Shown: positions 13,004 through 25,445, counted from the stretch's first letter. The stretch is DNA of 64,000 nucleotides from Octopus sinensis (GCF_006345805.1 NC_043007.1:12710001-12774000); one strand, 5' to 3'. The notes: generated by a model from the sequence alone, not told the origin. Numbers and translations: made by a program.

Positions 13004-13352
13004 ATGCTGGAGCACTGCCTTTCATTGAGCAAATCGACCCCAGGACTTACTCTTTGTAAGCCTAGTACTTATTCTATCTGTCTCTTTTGTCGAACCGCTA
13101 AGTTACGGGGACGTAAACACACCAGCATCGGTTGTCAAGCGATGTTGGGGAGACAGACACACAAATATATACACACACATATACATATATACGACGGGCT
13201 TCTTTCAGTTTCCATCTACCAAATCCACTCACAAGGTTTTGGTCAGCCCGAGGCTATAGTAGAAGACACTTGCCCAAGGTGCCATGCAGTGGGACTGAAC
13301 CCGGAACTATGTGGTTGGTAAGCAAGCTACTTACCACACAGCCACCCCTATG
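13004..13352 (-). mobile_element. SINE A abutting the previous copy in inverted orientation
   Basis: Reverse-complement match ending ctacttaccacacagccacc. Confidence 0.9.
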
Positions 13353-14519
13353 CCTACATCAATAATAAAGTACTAACGTTTTGATTGTTTGTCCAGTATC
13401 CTTGGTGTTTGGGTCACAGCTTTATGACACCCTCAAAAATATATACTAAAAATAGTGTCAGTGTAATATAGTTTAACAAAAGTCTGCTCTAAAATGTGTT
13501 TTGAATGCTTTTTAAAACCAGGCGATAGTTGCGGTGCTGCAGATATGGCTGTATGCTTTTAAAAGTTTTCTTTGTAACTGCATTGCTCTGAGTTCAATTC
13601 CACTGCGTAGCACTTTAGACAAATATCTTCTGCAATGGCCTCAGGTTGACCAAAGCCTTGTGAATTAAATTTCGTTGAGGGAAACTGTGTGTAAACCTGT
13701 TAAAGAGGGTCCATTCTTGTTTTTGTATTGGTCAACTTAATCAGTTTACCACCTAACCTTTGGCCACCTCTGGGACAGTCCACTGTTATAAGCTCCATGT
13801 TACATCTTCAGTCTTTGTATAACTTACTCCCTTCCTCTCACTAAATCTCAGTGCTTCTGACAAAAAGGTTATTCACGTGTTCTACCCTTACTCCTCTGGC
13901 TAAAGCCATAGCAGTAAATATTTTATTATCGAATATATTCCAGCTTGTTTCTTACATGATTAGTTAATAGTTTCAAATATTGGTAGTTTACGTGTCTGTC
14001 TGTCTGTCTATTGTTTGTGGTCACAGGTTTGTTGTCACTTAGCCATAATTTTTTCCCCCCTGACTGTATTCAGTTGTTTGTTTTTTGCGGCAAAATACAC
14101 CACTTAGTTTCACTGGCCTTAGTTACTCTCACTTCTGTTTCCTTCACTTTTATTTACTTTTTGTGTTTTTTTTGTCTTTTGTTTTAAATTATTCTAAAAT
14201 CAGTGCAGAATTTGAGTCAGATTATTTATCTATCATTCATACTTATTGTGTTCATAATTTTGTAATTTAGATAATTAACTATACTTCTTCAACCATTAAA
14301 AAAAAAAAAAAATGCTTCCTGAAATTTTAGTGTCGAGTCCAGACAGATTTCATTCCCAATCTCTCTTTGGTTGATGCTAAATAATTTTATTGATTTTTAG
14401 TATATTTGTAGTACTTTTTCTATTTTCTACTTAAAAAAACTCTTTTTTGATTCTCAAATTTTACTATTATCAGATGAAATTGTAAAAGAGTGATATTTTA
14501 ATATATATATATGTATATA

Positions 14520-14870
14520 TATATAAGATTAAATAAGGGTAGAAATTAATATCAATCAATTAAAACCAGTGGCTTAGCATATTTAAAAATCCAAAGATTA
14601 AAAATTGTTTTACATACAAAATTTAGAGGACTGACCACAAAAAAGTGGACAGCCTATATGCTAAACATAGACATCAAATCTTCATTACCACGAAGAATGT
14701 GTTCTCAAGAAAAATCTCAGCACAAAACCAAAATGTAAAAATAAGCAAGACAAATGAAAATATATGAAATAAAAAAACGATTGATTTTTATTCTTCGTGG
14801 TAATGAAGATTTGATGTCTGTTTAGCATATAGGCTGTCCACTTTTTTGTGGTCAGTCCTCTAAATTTTGT
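14520..14870. mobile_element. Unclassified repeat with a fold-back (self-inverted) end; same family as 62395-62772
   Basis: Arm 14616-14698 is the reverse complement of 14790-14870 except for a 2-nt indel. The lead sequence ataagggtagaaatt...aaaccagtggcttagcatatttaaaaatc is shared with about 62402. Confidence 0.8.
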
Positions 14871-15084
14871 GTGTGTGTGTATATATATATATATAGTCTG
14901 TGTTGCTTGAGACTTCTGGGACTTTATTTCACCTGGTAGCTTATTAAACTAATTCATCTGAAAAAGATACCAAGCAAAATTTAAAGTACCAACCAACATA
15001 GATTATAATAGATTTGACTTTACTCTCAGTATTGATTCCCTCAATTGGTAAATATTTCATTATTATTTTGAAATTTGCTTTAAA

Positions 15085-15092
15085 ATTTAGCA

Positions 15093-15135
<43 letters not shown>

Positions 15136-15141
15136 TTAGCA

Positions 15142-15209
<68 letters not shown>

Positions 15210-15240
15210 GATCTATCTATCGATCTATCTATCTATCTGT
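15085..15240. repeat. (TATC)n microsatellite, interrupted once by a duplicated tttagca segment
   Basis: Direct reading. Confidence 0.95.
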
Positions 15241-15244
15241 CTTT

Positions 15245-15305
15245 CTTTATAATATAAATAGCTATGTAGCTCCTCTGCAGCAAGAAATCCATTCTGCTCT
15301 GCTCC
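15245..15305 (+). mobile_element. Unclassified two-copy repeat (also about 5820-5885)
   Basis: tagctatgtagctcctctgca(a/g)caagaaatc...ttctgctct is present at both sites, each after tatct/tatat sequence. Confidence 0.5.
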
Positions 15306-16294
15306 CTTACTCTCACACTTTAAATCTTCATCCCATAGTTACCTTCTCTCTTTACTCTAGCCCCACTCAATCAAAGGGGATCTTAGTCTTGCCAACTATG
15401 TGGCAACTTTACTAGTGTTGGCTCCATGGTAAAAGTACCCAGCACATGCTGTAAAATTGATTGGCTTTAGGAAGAACACCCAACCACAGAAACCATTCCA
15501 AAGAAAGCATTGGGGTTTGATGCTGTGTTTGGATCTGAAAAATACTGCTAAACTGTCCAACCAATGGAACATGGACAGTGTGTGTGTATCAAGTAATTTA
15601 ATATCCCATGGAAATTTTTCTTCTCTTTATTGGTTAGTTTTCAAAATTTAAGAAAATATTTCATTCTTCTTGAAAACATGTCCCTATTAGGGTTATGAGG
15701 TTATTGTTAATAGAAAGGGTAACAACACACTTGGTCTGGCTTTTTGTTTTAAATTCATTTTCTTAACCGTTGTAGATTACAAAGATTATCTTAATAATTT
15801 TTAGGTCTACAGCAATTAATTGAAGTGACTTGGAATCAATTAGATTTGTCTCTTGATTGGTTTGTTTGTTTTCTGCTTGACGCTGGAGCATTCTGTTACT
15901 AGTATTTCATACCAAACTTCAATCCATACTACCATTTCCTAGTGTTCTTGTGAAAAATATTGAAAGTCCAGTTTTAATTTTTATTGTATGGATTTCTTTT
16001 CTGCTTTTTATTAATCACCTCCACATCATTGTAGTGTTTTGCTAGTGTTCTTTTCTACCTGGTTAACACCTAACACTTTTTATAATAACAGCTGCTCCAA
16101 TTATAATTTCACTGTTCTAACAACTAATAATTCATCTACTACATTACAGATATTTAAAATATTAAATTTTGTCTTTCACTACTGAGAAATAATAATGAAA
16201 AGAAGACAATGCTATTTTTTACATGGTCTCACCATCTTAAAAGGAAAAAGTGAAGGACACATAAAATAATTTAATACTAGCTACCAGTATAGTG

Positions 16295-16640
16295 AAGGCA
16301 CATGGCTCAGTGGTTAGAATGTCGGGCTCACCATCATAAGGTAGTGAGTTCAATTCCTGGACCAGGCTGTGTGTTGTGTTCTTGAGCAAGACACTTTATT
16401 TCACATTGCTCCAGTTCACTCAGCTGTAGAAATGAGTTGTGACGTCACTGGTACCAAGCTGTATTGGCCCCTTTGCCTCTCCCTTGGATAACATCGGTGG
16501 TGTGGAGAGGGGAGGTTGGTGTGCATGGACAACCACTGGTCTTCTTTAAACAATCTTGCCCAAACTTGTGCCTCCGAAGGGAACTTTCTAGGTGCAATCC
16601 CATGGTCATTCATGACCAAAGAGGGTCTTTACCCTTTTAC
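16295..16640 (+). mobile_element. tRNA-derived SINE family G, full length, with TTTACC-type tail
   Basis: A-box ggctcagtggttaga, B-box gagttcaattcc, central ttcttgagcaagacact. Second copy at 45428-45686 on the minus strand. Confidence 0.85.
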
Positions 16641-17122
16641 TAGCTACCCCTAAAAAGACAAGATTATCAAGGCTGGAATGATCATAAACCTGCTTAATCA
16701 GAGCTGAACTGGGGCTAAAAATAATTACTCCCTTACAATTTATTGAACATTTTTTTAATTAATGTCATACCAATCTAGTAAAATAGAATTAATGAAATTG
16801 GTAAATTAAATTGAAGGATTAGTTTTTTAAATGATTAAGTAACTGGTGATGGTTTGCAATATTTGTTAAGTTCAATTGCCATTAGTAATATAGAGTCTAA
16901 TATTTTGGGCCTCCAATGGAGAGTGAAGAAGAGGGAGAGAGGAGTGTTGTCACTTTGGCCTTTGGCAAGTAGCTGGAACAGTTTCTTAAAGCAATTTTTA
17001 TCAAAGTAGAAAACCATCAAAGGAAAGAATTTGATTCTTAAGCAATCTGTCTCAAAACTGCACTGACTTTCATTGAGGACTCATTCTTTGTGGAGTGACA
17101 TACATTCTGTTTTTCACTTCAG

Positions 17123-17145
17123 GAATACCATCCGGATCAAATTGA
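17123..17145 (+). CDS. PACSIN: Candidate 23-nt microexon of PACSIN/syndapin (EYHPDQI plus 2 nt), alternative to exon 27758-27906
   Basis: Acceptor ttctgtttttcacttcAG, donor GA|GTGAGT. Phase 0 in, phase 2 out, the same as exon 27758-27906. The peptide begins EYxP[D/E] like that exon. Confidence 0.55.
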
Positions 17146-17732
17146 GTGAGTCTTTCGTGGAAATTCTAGTGTGAAGTCTTGTACAAACTCTCATTTCACT
17201 AACTGCCTGGTGCTGCCTATGAAACTATGAGCTGAACAGTTTGCTTGGAGATATTGGTATAAATTTGATGAAAGAAAACAGAAAACCTTGCTTAATTACC
17301 CAGCTGTTGTTATCATGTAGATCTTTTTGTCTTTGTATCATAGTTAAAAGAATCTTTATAATTATATCTCAAGAATGTATAAGTTTCTAAAGTTTTCTCT
17401 GTATTAAGAAGGCTGTACAAATTGTTTTAGCTTTATGGTATGTGATCATTATATAATTGTTATAGCTTTTATGTTCTCTGGAAATCTCATGTTAGTTTTT
17501 TTTATTTTTTAATCGAATTTCAATTTATAAAAAAATTTATTTAAATTAGAAAATCAGTAAAATGTAATGGTGATTTAAAAAAAAAAATCCTGTAATGTTA
17601 TATAGAAACCATGCTAGTTATCTTTGTTATTTTTTCATACTTTTTTGCTATTTAAAAGGAAAAGGTTTAAGGAATTATATGAAATTATGTATCATCTTAA
17701 ATTCCACAACCATATATTTTTATAAACTTGTC

Positions 17733-18020
17733 TTTTTTTTCTTTTTTTTTTTTCAAGTTAATCATAAGTTTTAATGTAATAGATAGAAAACGAAGTTATG
17801 TATATATTTTACGGAGCCTGCATAATAAGTCCTGCAAGGAAAGCGCTACCAATATTTACAACCAAAGTTTAGTATCTTAGAAGAACGTATATCAGCCATC
17901 AAAGTTCCAACTCCAAGACCTTTCTTTGTTCACTGATATGTGAACCTTCGTTCTTAGTTATTCTGAACAAACTTGGTCTTGTTCAAAAGTTCATCATCAT
18001 TTATTCCATTTAATTTCCAT
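17733..18020 (-). pseudogene. Probable processed retrocopy (3' end of an unidentified mRNA)
   Basis: The minus strand reads NGINDDELLNKTKFVQNN*ERRFTYQ*TKKGLGVGTLMADIRSSKILNFGCKYW*, then a short UTR, ATTAAA (17770-17775), and a poly(A)-like tract 16 nt later (T-run 17733-17753). Confidence 0.5.
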
Positions 18021-18299
18021 GCATGTTGAGTAGGCATATGCCCATATTAGGCGTTATATGAACTTGAGGATTGTTATGATTGTGGAAATCAACATTTTGT
18101 TATTGTTGTTGTTATGTTTTATGAGGAATTTTATTTATTTTTCAAGATGAGTCAAGTTTTAGATTAATCTGGATCTGATTAGTCTCACTTCTGTTTATAG
18201 TTGTTCATATATTATTTATTGGTAAGGAAGATGTGTTGATAAAATCAATAGGGTGACATACAAAGCTACTTTGTAGTGTTTAATATGTCGTTATGTTAT

Positions 18300-18850
18300 G
18301 AATTTAAGCCTTCCCTATCGGGGTCAACTTCGCCTTTCATCCATCCAGGGTTGATAAAATACAGTATCAGGCAAGAACTGGGTTGATGTAAGCAACTATA
18401 CTCTATGTCTGGCTTTGTGCCTATGCTAGAAACCAATATCATATTTATTGCTAAATTGCTCGTTAAAGTCAATTTGTGTGTGTATGTATGTATATATGAT
18501 GCATGTTTATGTTCTTTCAACAAACAAGTGCCTTTGTATTACATTTATAAAAAGTTTTATAGATGTATTTATAAATAATTCGATTTTTTTACAAAAGAGA
18601 TGGAGTAGATTTTTTTCTATAAATTTACCTTTTTTCGACTGTAAACTTAGCATTCCCGTGTTAACATTTTGTTTCAAGTTAGCACGCCAGGTGAAATGCT
18701 TAGCGGTATTTCGTCTGTCTTTACATTCTGAGTTCAAATTCCACCGAGGTCGACTTTGCCTCTCATCCTTTCAGGGTCGATAAATTAAGTACCAGTTGCA
18801 TACTGGGGTCGATCTAATCGACCGGACCTTGAGCCTAGAGTAGAAAAGAA
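18300..18850. mobile_element. Inverted pair of SINE B copies (18300-18440 minus, 18680-18850 plus)
   Basis: Family B motifs on opposite strands; the 18680 copy is close to consensus. Confidence 0.75.
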
Positions 18851-18950
18851 TATTTTGTTGCAATGAATCGTACATGATAGTAGTTTACTAAGTTTCACTA
18901 ATTATTATTTTAACCTTTTGCAAATGGACAAGTTATAAATGGAAATTTTA

Positions 18951-19369
18951 ATATATTATTTACAATTGTTGGATAGGTGTCCTCATCTTGTTTACTCTTA
19001 CCGCAACATTTCAGCTGATGTACTCTCCAGCCTTCATCAGGTGTTCTGGTGGAATTTCGAACCCAACCCTTTATTTCACTAATGGGGCACTCTGTTCTCA
19101 TTCCTAAGGTATTTTTTTCTACTGATATTATTTCCCAAGTCTCTGCCTGAGTTCAATCCCAGGCAGGGACTTGGGAAATAATATCAACAGAAAACATCAA
19201 CAAAAAAATACCTTAGGAATGAGAACAGATTATCCCATTAGTCAAATAAAGGGTTAGGTTTGAAATTCCACCAGAACACCTGATGAAAGCTGGAGAGTAC
19301 ACCAGCTGAAACGTTGTGATAACAACAAACAAGGTGAGGACACCTGTCTGTCCATTGTAAATAATGTAC
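18951..19369. mobile_element. Long fold-back of a Penelope-like terminal repeat
   Basis: Arms of about 200 nt around the loop at 19150-19159. Each arm has ctgatgaa(g/a)gctggagagtaca(t/c)cagctgaaa, the kind of motif found at Penelope-like element termini. Family assignment is inferred. Confidence 0.6.
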
Positions 19370-20789
19370 ATAATTCCCCATCTCAAAAATATTGATTAGA
19401 CAATCTTAACATATTTTTGTTACTTAATAGTTTTAATTACACAATCAAAATTTCTTTCAAACACATTGATCTTTAAATATGGCCGGTTTAACTTTTGTAT
19501 GTCAGTGTTTTTCAGTTTTTTTGGGGTTTTTTTCTTGACTGGTTCGCTTTTGAAATTGTAGCATTGTCTTTCAAATGATAATACAATGTTTTTGAGGGAA
19601 AATCACATCTTTAGGTTTGATGGTGGTAAAGAGAATGTGTCAATGTGATCAACTATCCCGCTCTTCCAAAATTTCAGGCCTTGTGCCTACAGCAGAAAGG
19701 ATTGTTATCGTTAGCACCTTCGTTAGAATACTTAGCAGCATTTCTTCTGGGTCTTTGCATTCCGAATTTAATCTTTCCACTCGTGGAATTTAATAATTAG
19801 GGACCAAAGGGGATTAGTGGCATACTACATTGTCAAGACAGTGCAATAAAATAAAGAAGTGGGGTGGGCATCAAGTCATTGTCAGAGGAGGAAAATATAT
19901 ACAGTGTACATTCTGATCAGAGAATGAATGGTTTTGTATAAAACATTAGATAGATCCTCTCCTTGCCACCGCTATCCTACCTAATTTTCAGTCTCAAATA
20001 TTTTTATGACTTTTAAAATAATTCGGCCACCAGCAGAAACAGCCAGTACGGCTATAAACACAGTTGGATTTCCTTGGTACTAAACTCTTATGCTCACCCA
20101 AGCCACTCTAACCCAGGATGCTATAATACCCTTGATAGATAGCAATGAACAAATAAGTTCCCTGTCTAGAGATAGAGATTATTGCGCTATGGATTACAGC
20201 GGCCTACACTTAATTTACTTCACCATTATGTGTCTGTGAAAGAGAGAGTGTGTGTGTGTGTGATTGAGTGTGAGAAGGCAAGAGACAACTTCCAAACAAA
20301 GGAAGCTCATTTCCTCATACAACTTTCGTAGTATATTTGTTGAATGTAGTTTTAACCATGTTGTACTATTTATTGTATTTCCTTTGTTATTTGAAACTAA
20401 CTGCAATAAAATCTCTTTAACATTGAAATATGACTAACATTTGTTTTTTAATCTTAAAATGAATTTTTAAAACTGCTTTTCTATTTATATACCATGTTTG
20501 TTTATGTATAATACACCCTCATATATAACATGCCCCTCTAATTTTGGTCTATGAATTCCCAGGAAAATATCTTATATACACTGACTTTTCTAAATTAGAA
20601 GTGTCAAATCAAATTTATAATTGCTTTCCAATATATTTGGAGAAAATTTGTACATGCTAAGCAAAAGCATCTTTAAAAGTGACTTGGGAACTTTGCTGGT
20701 TAAAAGCAACTTTTAACTTAACTGGCAAACATGTGATATTACTACAGTCAACCTTATATAGCAAACTATAAAAAGAATGTGTTATGTAA

Positions 20790-21165
20790 ACCCGTCCATT
20801 TAAATATAACCAATGGTCCTCTGTCTAGAATGTACCACCTTAACCACGTTCAGTCATGCAGCCCAGCGTCCAGAGGGTGAGCTGATTTGTGATGTCCTCC
20901 TCCCACCTCCCACTTCCCAGCTGGCGCAAACGCACGGGCGGGCAGCTGAAGACCTGGGCAACGACAATAAAGGAGGACCTCTCCAAACTATCAGGTCCGC
21001 AGGTGGTCGGTCTGCGCAGATGGAACTGCGAATGGCTCGCTATCTCCAGTGACCTCACACAGGACTGTCAATCGTGGGCCGCCATGGTTCGTGATGCCGT
21101 CAGGACCAGAGAAAAAGCCAGCTCAACCCGCCCTGGGTGAACGCCGTCACAAGTACAAAGAAATG
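20790..21165 (+). mobile_element. 3' end of an RTE-clade LINE (degenerate ORF2 C-terminus, CAAGTA tail)
   Basis: Frameshifted HAAQRPEGELI...WRKRTGGQLKTWATTIKEDL...LTQDCQSWAAMVRDAV...STRPG*, then cacaagtacaa. Confidence 0.8.
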
Positions 21166-21699
21166 TCTAGAATGTCTATGGTAAGAAACGAACTATCACA
21201 AAGCACCATTCTGGGCCTACTTTTGGTTCTCATAATGTTGGCCTTGACAAAAAATATACAGTTAGCCACTCTCAGTGGATATACAGTCAAGATAGACAAA
21301 AATATCTGTGATCTCCAACAAAATCTAGACATCAGATACAACAGTAAATGACATATATTGTACAAGACAAAAAGAGAAAAAATGTCAAAATTCTGAGCTA
21401 CCAGGAACACCTCAGCACATTATATCTCTACTCTTTGGAACATTGATGGAAATAATGTGTTGTTATTTGTATGTGGAAGATTGTTCCAAACTTTGGCATG
21501 CAACAGAGAAAACAAAAACAAGAGAAACATGAAGAATGGAATGTACTGCCAGGTCCCAACACCCTTTCCCTCAAGCTATTATTTCAAGTACCTTTACAGC
21601 ACTAGTTTGGTATTTTCAAGCCCTCAATTATATATATGTGCATCTGAAAAGTTTTACAAAATTTGACCAAAGTTTCTCATGATATTTTGAAATGTATCT

Positions 21700-21965
21700 C
21701 GGTGTACTTCTTCCTAGGTGCTTCTATTAATTTGCCTTACCACTAATCACAGTCTTTTGTCTCTCCACCACTCTGAAGCTTTGTCTCATCACCTCATGGT
21801 CCTTCATCTCATTATTTAGTGTAGCCTGTTACCTTGCCATCCACCAGTTCTGTTTTGTTATCCTCCGTGGTCCCTTGCCTTGCTACTCGCTGTGATCCTT
21901 CATTTCAACAGTCTTTTTACCTCCCTGGTCACTACTGTCATTTGTCTCACCATCTTCTATAGTCC
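21700..21965 (-). mobile_element. Highly degenerate RTE LINE fragment (endonuclease-RT linker)
   Basis: The minus strand reads ...KGPRRITKQNWWM..., resembling RTE P.R..TWWWN. Purine-rich coding strand. Confidence 0.35.
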
Positions 21966-23169
21966 TCCATTTCATCACAGAACATGCACACACAACAAAA
22001 AATAACTGGCTGACTCTTTTGTTGTGTATCCTCTTTCAGCATGAACTGGATACAGTTTAGCATGTCAACATCACCAGAAAAGAAAAACAGTAACTGGATA
22101 GAAACAAAAAAACATCCCTTCTGCCCTATATCATTTGTTATCCAGAATCACTGTCCTGCTTGGCAAATAGGTGTGGATGCAGCTTTCAAAGCCCATGTTT
22201 CCTTTGTACATTTCCCTTTATTTTTAACATAGCATCTATGATTGAATGCCCTTTCTATCACCAACCACTTCACAGCATGAACTAGATCCATTTTTATCAT
22301 GCTACCAGTTCTATAGAGCTTGTCTGTCGCTCAGAGAGTTTCCTTTTCTCTATAATCAGTTCTTATTCAGAGTTGCTGCCTTCCTTTATGTTCAGTATTG
22401 ATCATTATCAACATAGAATATGTATTTCAACATCTGTTCGACATAAACTGTGACACGTGTGCCCCTCGTTCTTTATGCTTTTGATATTGATTCATTTCAA
22501 GAATAGTTTGTGGCAGTTGAGTCACGGAAGCAAAATGCCAAGCGGTATTTAGGCTTGGGATTCAAAATCTCATCAGTGGTTTCAGGTTTGGTCCCACTGT
22601 GCAACACCTTGGGAAAGTGTCTTCTACTTAGAGAGCCAGGCCTTGTGAGCTAAACTTGGTAAATAGAAACCAAAAAGAAACCTTGTGGGTGTGTGTGTGT
22701 GTTATATAATTCTTTTAGACAGCAGTCTGGAAATATCTCGACTGCTGGTTTTCAGGCGTTTATGGTCTCTATCAGCACATAGGTATACAATTACGTGCTT
22801 TGACTGCAGAGTGTTTAGCTCTTATTTCTAGCAATGTAGGTGTTTACAACACCCTCAGTCATATTTACTGACGGCTATAGTACATATATTTATATATGTA
22901 TATGTATGTCTATGTGTGTTCATGTATCTTTTGACATCGTGCATTAATTGTAGACAAATTGCACTGTCATACAAACAGGTATTTCTTTGCAGTCTTCTTT
23001 GTGAAAACTTATTCAGACTAAGGGAAATATTACCTCACTTGGAAATGAGTGAGTGTTGGCAGCAGGAAGAGCATCCAACTGTAATAAAATCTGAATCTTG
23101 TCTGACCCATGCAAGCATTGAAAAGTAAATGCTAAAACAATGAAGATATACATGGTTAGAAAAGATTTG

Positions 23170-23330
23170 GGTGGTCGGTCTGCGCAAATGGAACCACGAA
23201 AGGCTCGCTATCTCCAGTGACCTCGCACAGGACCGTCAAGCGTGGGTCGCCATGGTTTGTGATGCCATCAGGACCTGAGAAAAAGCCAGCTCAACCTGCC
23301 CTGGGTGAACACCAACACAAGTACAAGTAA
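23170..23330 (+). mobile_element. Second, shorter 3' copy of the same RTE element
   Basis: High similarity to 21003-21155; ends cacaagtacaagtaag. Confidence 0.85.
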
Positions 23331-23962
23331 GAGTTCAAATCCCACCTGCCTGGAGAAGGCAATGAGAAACAGCTCCAGTGTTCATTCCAAGTCTAGTCCT
23401 GGTACCCGAAGGTCCAGTAATCTGCTAAACAGCAGCAGGGAAGGGTACAGGCACTCCCAGGTTGTATAGAGAGTGCTGGAGAAGGTTCACATTTACAAGA
23501 CCTGCCCAAAGATAGACCACCACTAGACATAGTAGTCACATGTTGACATAGATGCTCTTGGTCCTCCCATGTTTGATCCAGTAGAGCATTGAGAATGTGG
23601 TAACTGGAGGAGAAGAGGATTGCGCCAGCAGTTGGTTGGTGCCCATTTTGTAGCTCTGAAGCAACATGAAATGATGTGTCTTGCTCAAGAGCACAATGTA
23701 ATACTTGGTCCTTAAAGCAAATCCTATAAGGAGCAGAGCACCAAAATATTGTATTACCTCTACACTGGAGACCCAATCTGAATACTTGCTACTGAGAAGT
23801 CTCTGTTAAACACCCAAGGACTATATAGGGTAGTGTTAAACTCACAAATGGATTAAGACTACTACCTACACACTGAAACAGGTTTCTGTGCCCCAAATAC
23901 AAGAATGAAGTTTCTGTACAGTTTCCATCTACCCAATATTAGTCAGAAATATAGATAGATAG

Positions 23963-24801
23963 AGAGGGTGATTAATAAACTGTTGTCTAAATTATGCAAA
24001 ATTGAAAATAACACTGACATCTCATTTTAGCAGAAATATTTACCAAAATTACATTTTAAAAATATCTTGAAATGCTAAACAGTAAATTTATTCAATAAAA
24101 TCGCCATTGGCTTCAACCACAGCCTCCAGACGACTTTGGAATCTCCTGCAACTCTTCTGGACGGTCTCCTTGTTTAAGTTGGTGAATACTGCCATAATCC
24201 TTGCCTTCAGTTCTTCTTTGGTGTTACAAGGAGTTTTGTTGGTTTCTTGCTCTACTATGCCCCACACATAATAATCAAGGGTGTTGCGGTCTGGGGAGTT
24301 AGGTAACCAGATGTTAGGGGTGATATGATTACAGAAATTGTCTGACAACCACGGCTGAGTTCTCCTGCTCGTGTGATATGGTGCAGAGTCGTGTTGCCAA
24401 ACATAGGGTCTTCCAGCAGCCACCCTCTTGACTCAGGGCAGCACTCCCTCCTCCAGGGACTTGATGGAGGCCTCCAAGTTGAGTCTGGAGGCATCACTTG
24501 TGATCACTCCAAACACAAGGATGTTGATTGGATGTTTGATTTTTATCACTTTTGGTACATGTCCTTAGACTGACACCCAAACACTCTGAACTGTTCATAT
24601 TGGAACTCCCAGTGCAAACGCCGAGTAGTACAGCATGTTGTTTCCAAATTTCTAGCAGAGTGAAATGCATCATGGTGCTGTTTTTTCTCACAGACAGTGC
24701 CCAACTGACCCTACTACACTGTGGGGTTTGCAAAATCAAAGACAATGCGCACGTGCAAAATTAAAAATATAAAATGGCAACAATTTACCCATCACACCTT
24801 A
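23963..24801 (-). mobile_element. Degenerate Tc1/mariner-superfamily transposon (maT/DD37D-like), internally deleted
   Basis: VFGVITSD...LP*VKRVAAGRPYVWQHDSAPYHTS...NIWLPNSPDRNTLDYYVWG...LEAVVEANGDFIE. Imperfect TIRs gggtgattaataaactgttgtc and ggcaacaatttacccatcacacc. Confidence 0.85.
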
Positions 24802-24818
24802 CACACACCCACACACAC

Positions 24819-25037
24819 ACAGGTGATATTGGAAAATTCCTGGCTTCGGCTAACAAAAAATACCAGAGGATCAGTTAATTATGATTTTCTTCAACATATA
24901 CACCTCTCATATTTGCACACTTATTGCAGTGGTCCTTAAGTTTTTCGAAGCCCTGTAAAAGAACTTAGAAGGTTGGGCCTCCAATCAAGCCTTTCACAAA
25001 ACCCTTAAAGCCAGGAATTTTTCAGCACCCCCTTGTG
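24819..25037 (-). mobile_element. Mariner-derived MITE keeping the transposase C-terminus
   Basis: TIRs acaggtgatattggaaaattcctggctt and aagccaggaatttttcagcacccccttgt. The minus strand reads QGFEKLKDHCNKCANMRGVYVEEN. Confidence 0.75.
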
Positions 25038-25041
25038 TATA

Positions 25042-25074
<33 letters not shown>

Positions 25075-25282
25075 TATATATATATATATATATATTCATA
25101 CATCTGTCTTATCTGCACCTACATACATGTAACATCAGTATGTATATATTTTATCCATAACTAGATGCAGGTAATATCTGCCTTGGTGAATTCCTTCTGA
25201 CCCATGTGAGCATAGACACTGAAGCAATGATGATGTATATGTCTGTGTGTGTGTGTAGAAAATTCTCTATTTTATCTACGAA

Positions 25283-25445
25283 TCATCATCATCATCATCA
25301 TCATTTAACGTCCGCTTTCCATGCTAGCATGGGTTGGACGGTTCAACTGGGGTCTGGGGAGCCCGAAGGCTGCACCAGGCCAGTCAGATCTGGCAGTGTT
25401 TCTACAGCTGGATGCCCTTCCTAACGCCAACCACTCCGAGAGTGT
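25283..25445 (-). mobile_element. SINE C, 5'-truncated
   Basis: (CAT)n-tttaacgtccgctttccatgctagcatgggttggacg...gatgcccttcctaacgccaacc. Confidence 0.9.

Noticed and set aside
16295-16365. tRNA-like A and B boxes
   Set aside because: Head of a tRNA-derived SINE with no complete cloverleaf; not a tRNA gene.
1-17100. Search for the upstream F-BAR exons (for example WPxFE-ending exon, HG.M.M.WP)
   Set aside because: No matching translation with splice sites was found. They are presumed to lie 5' of the window, although a missed exon cannot be fully excluded by eye.
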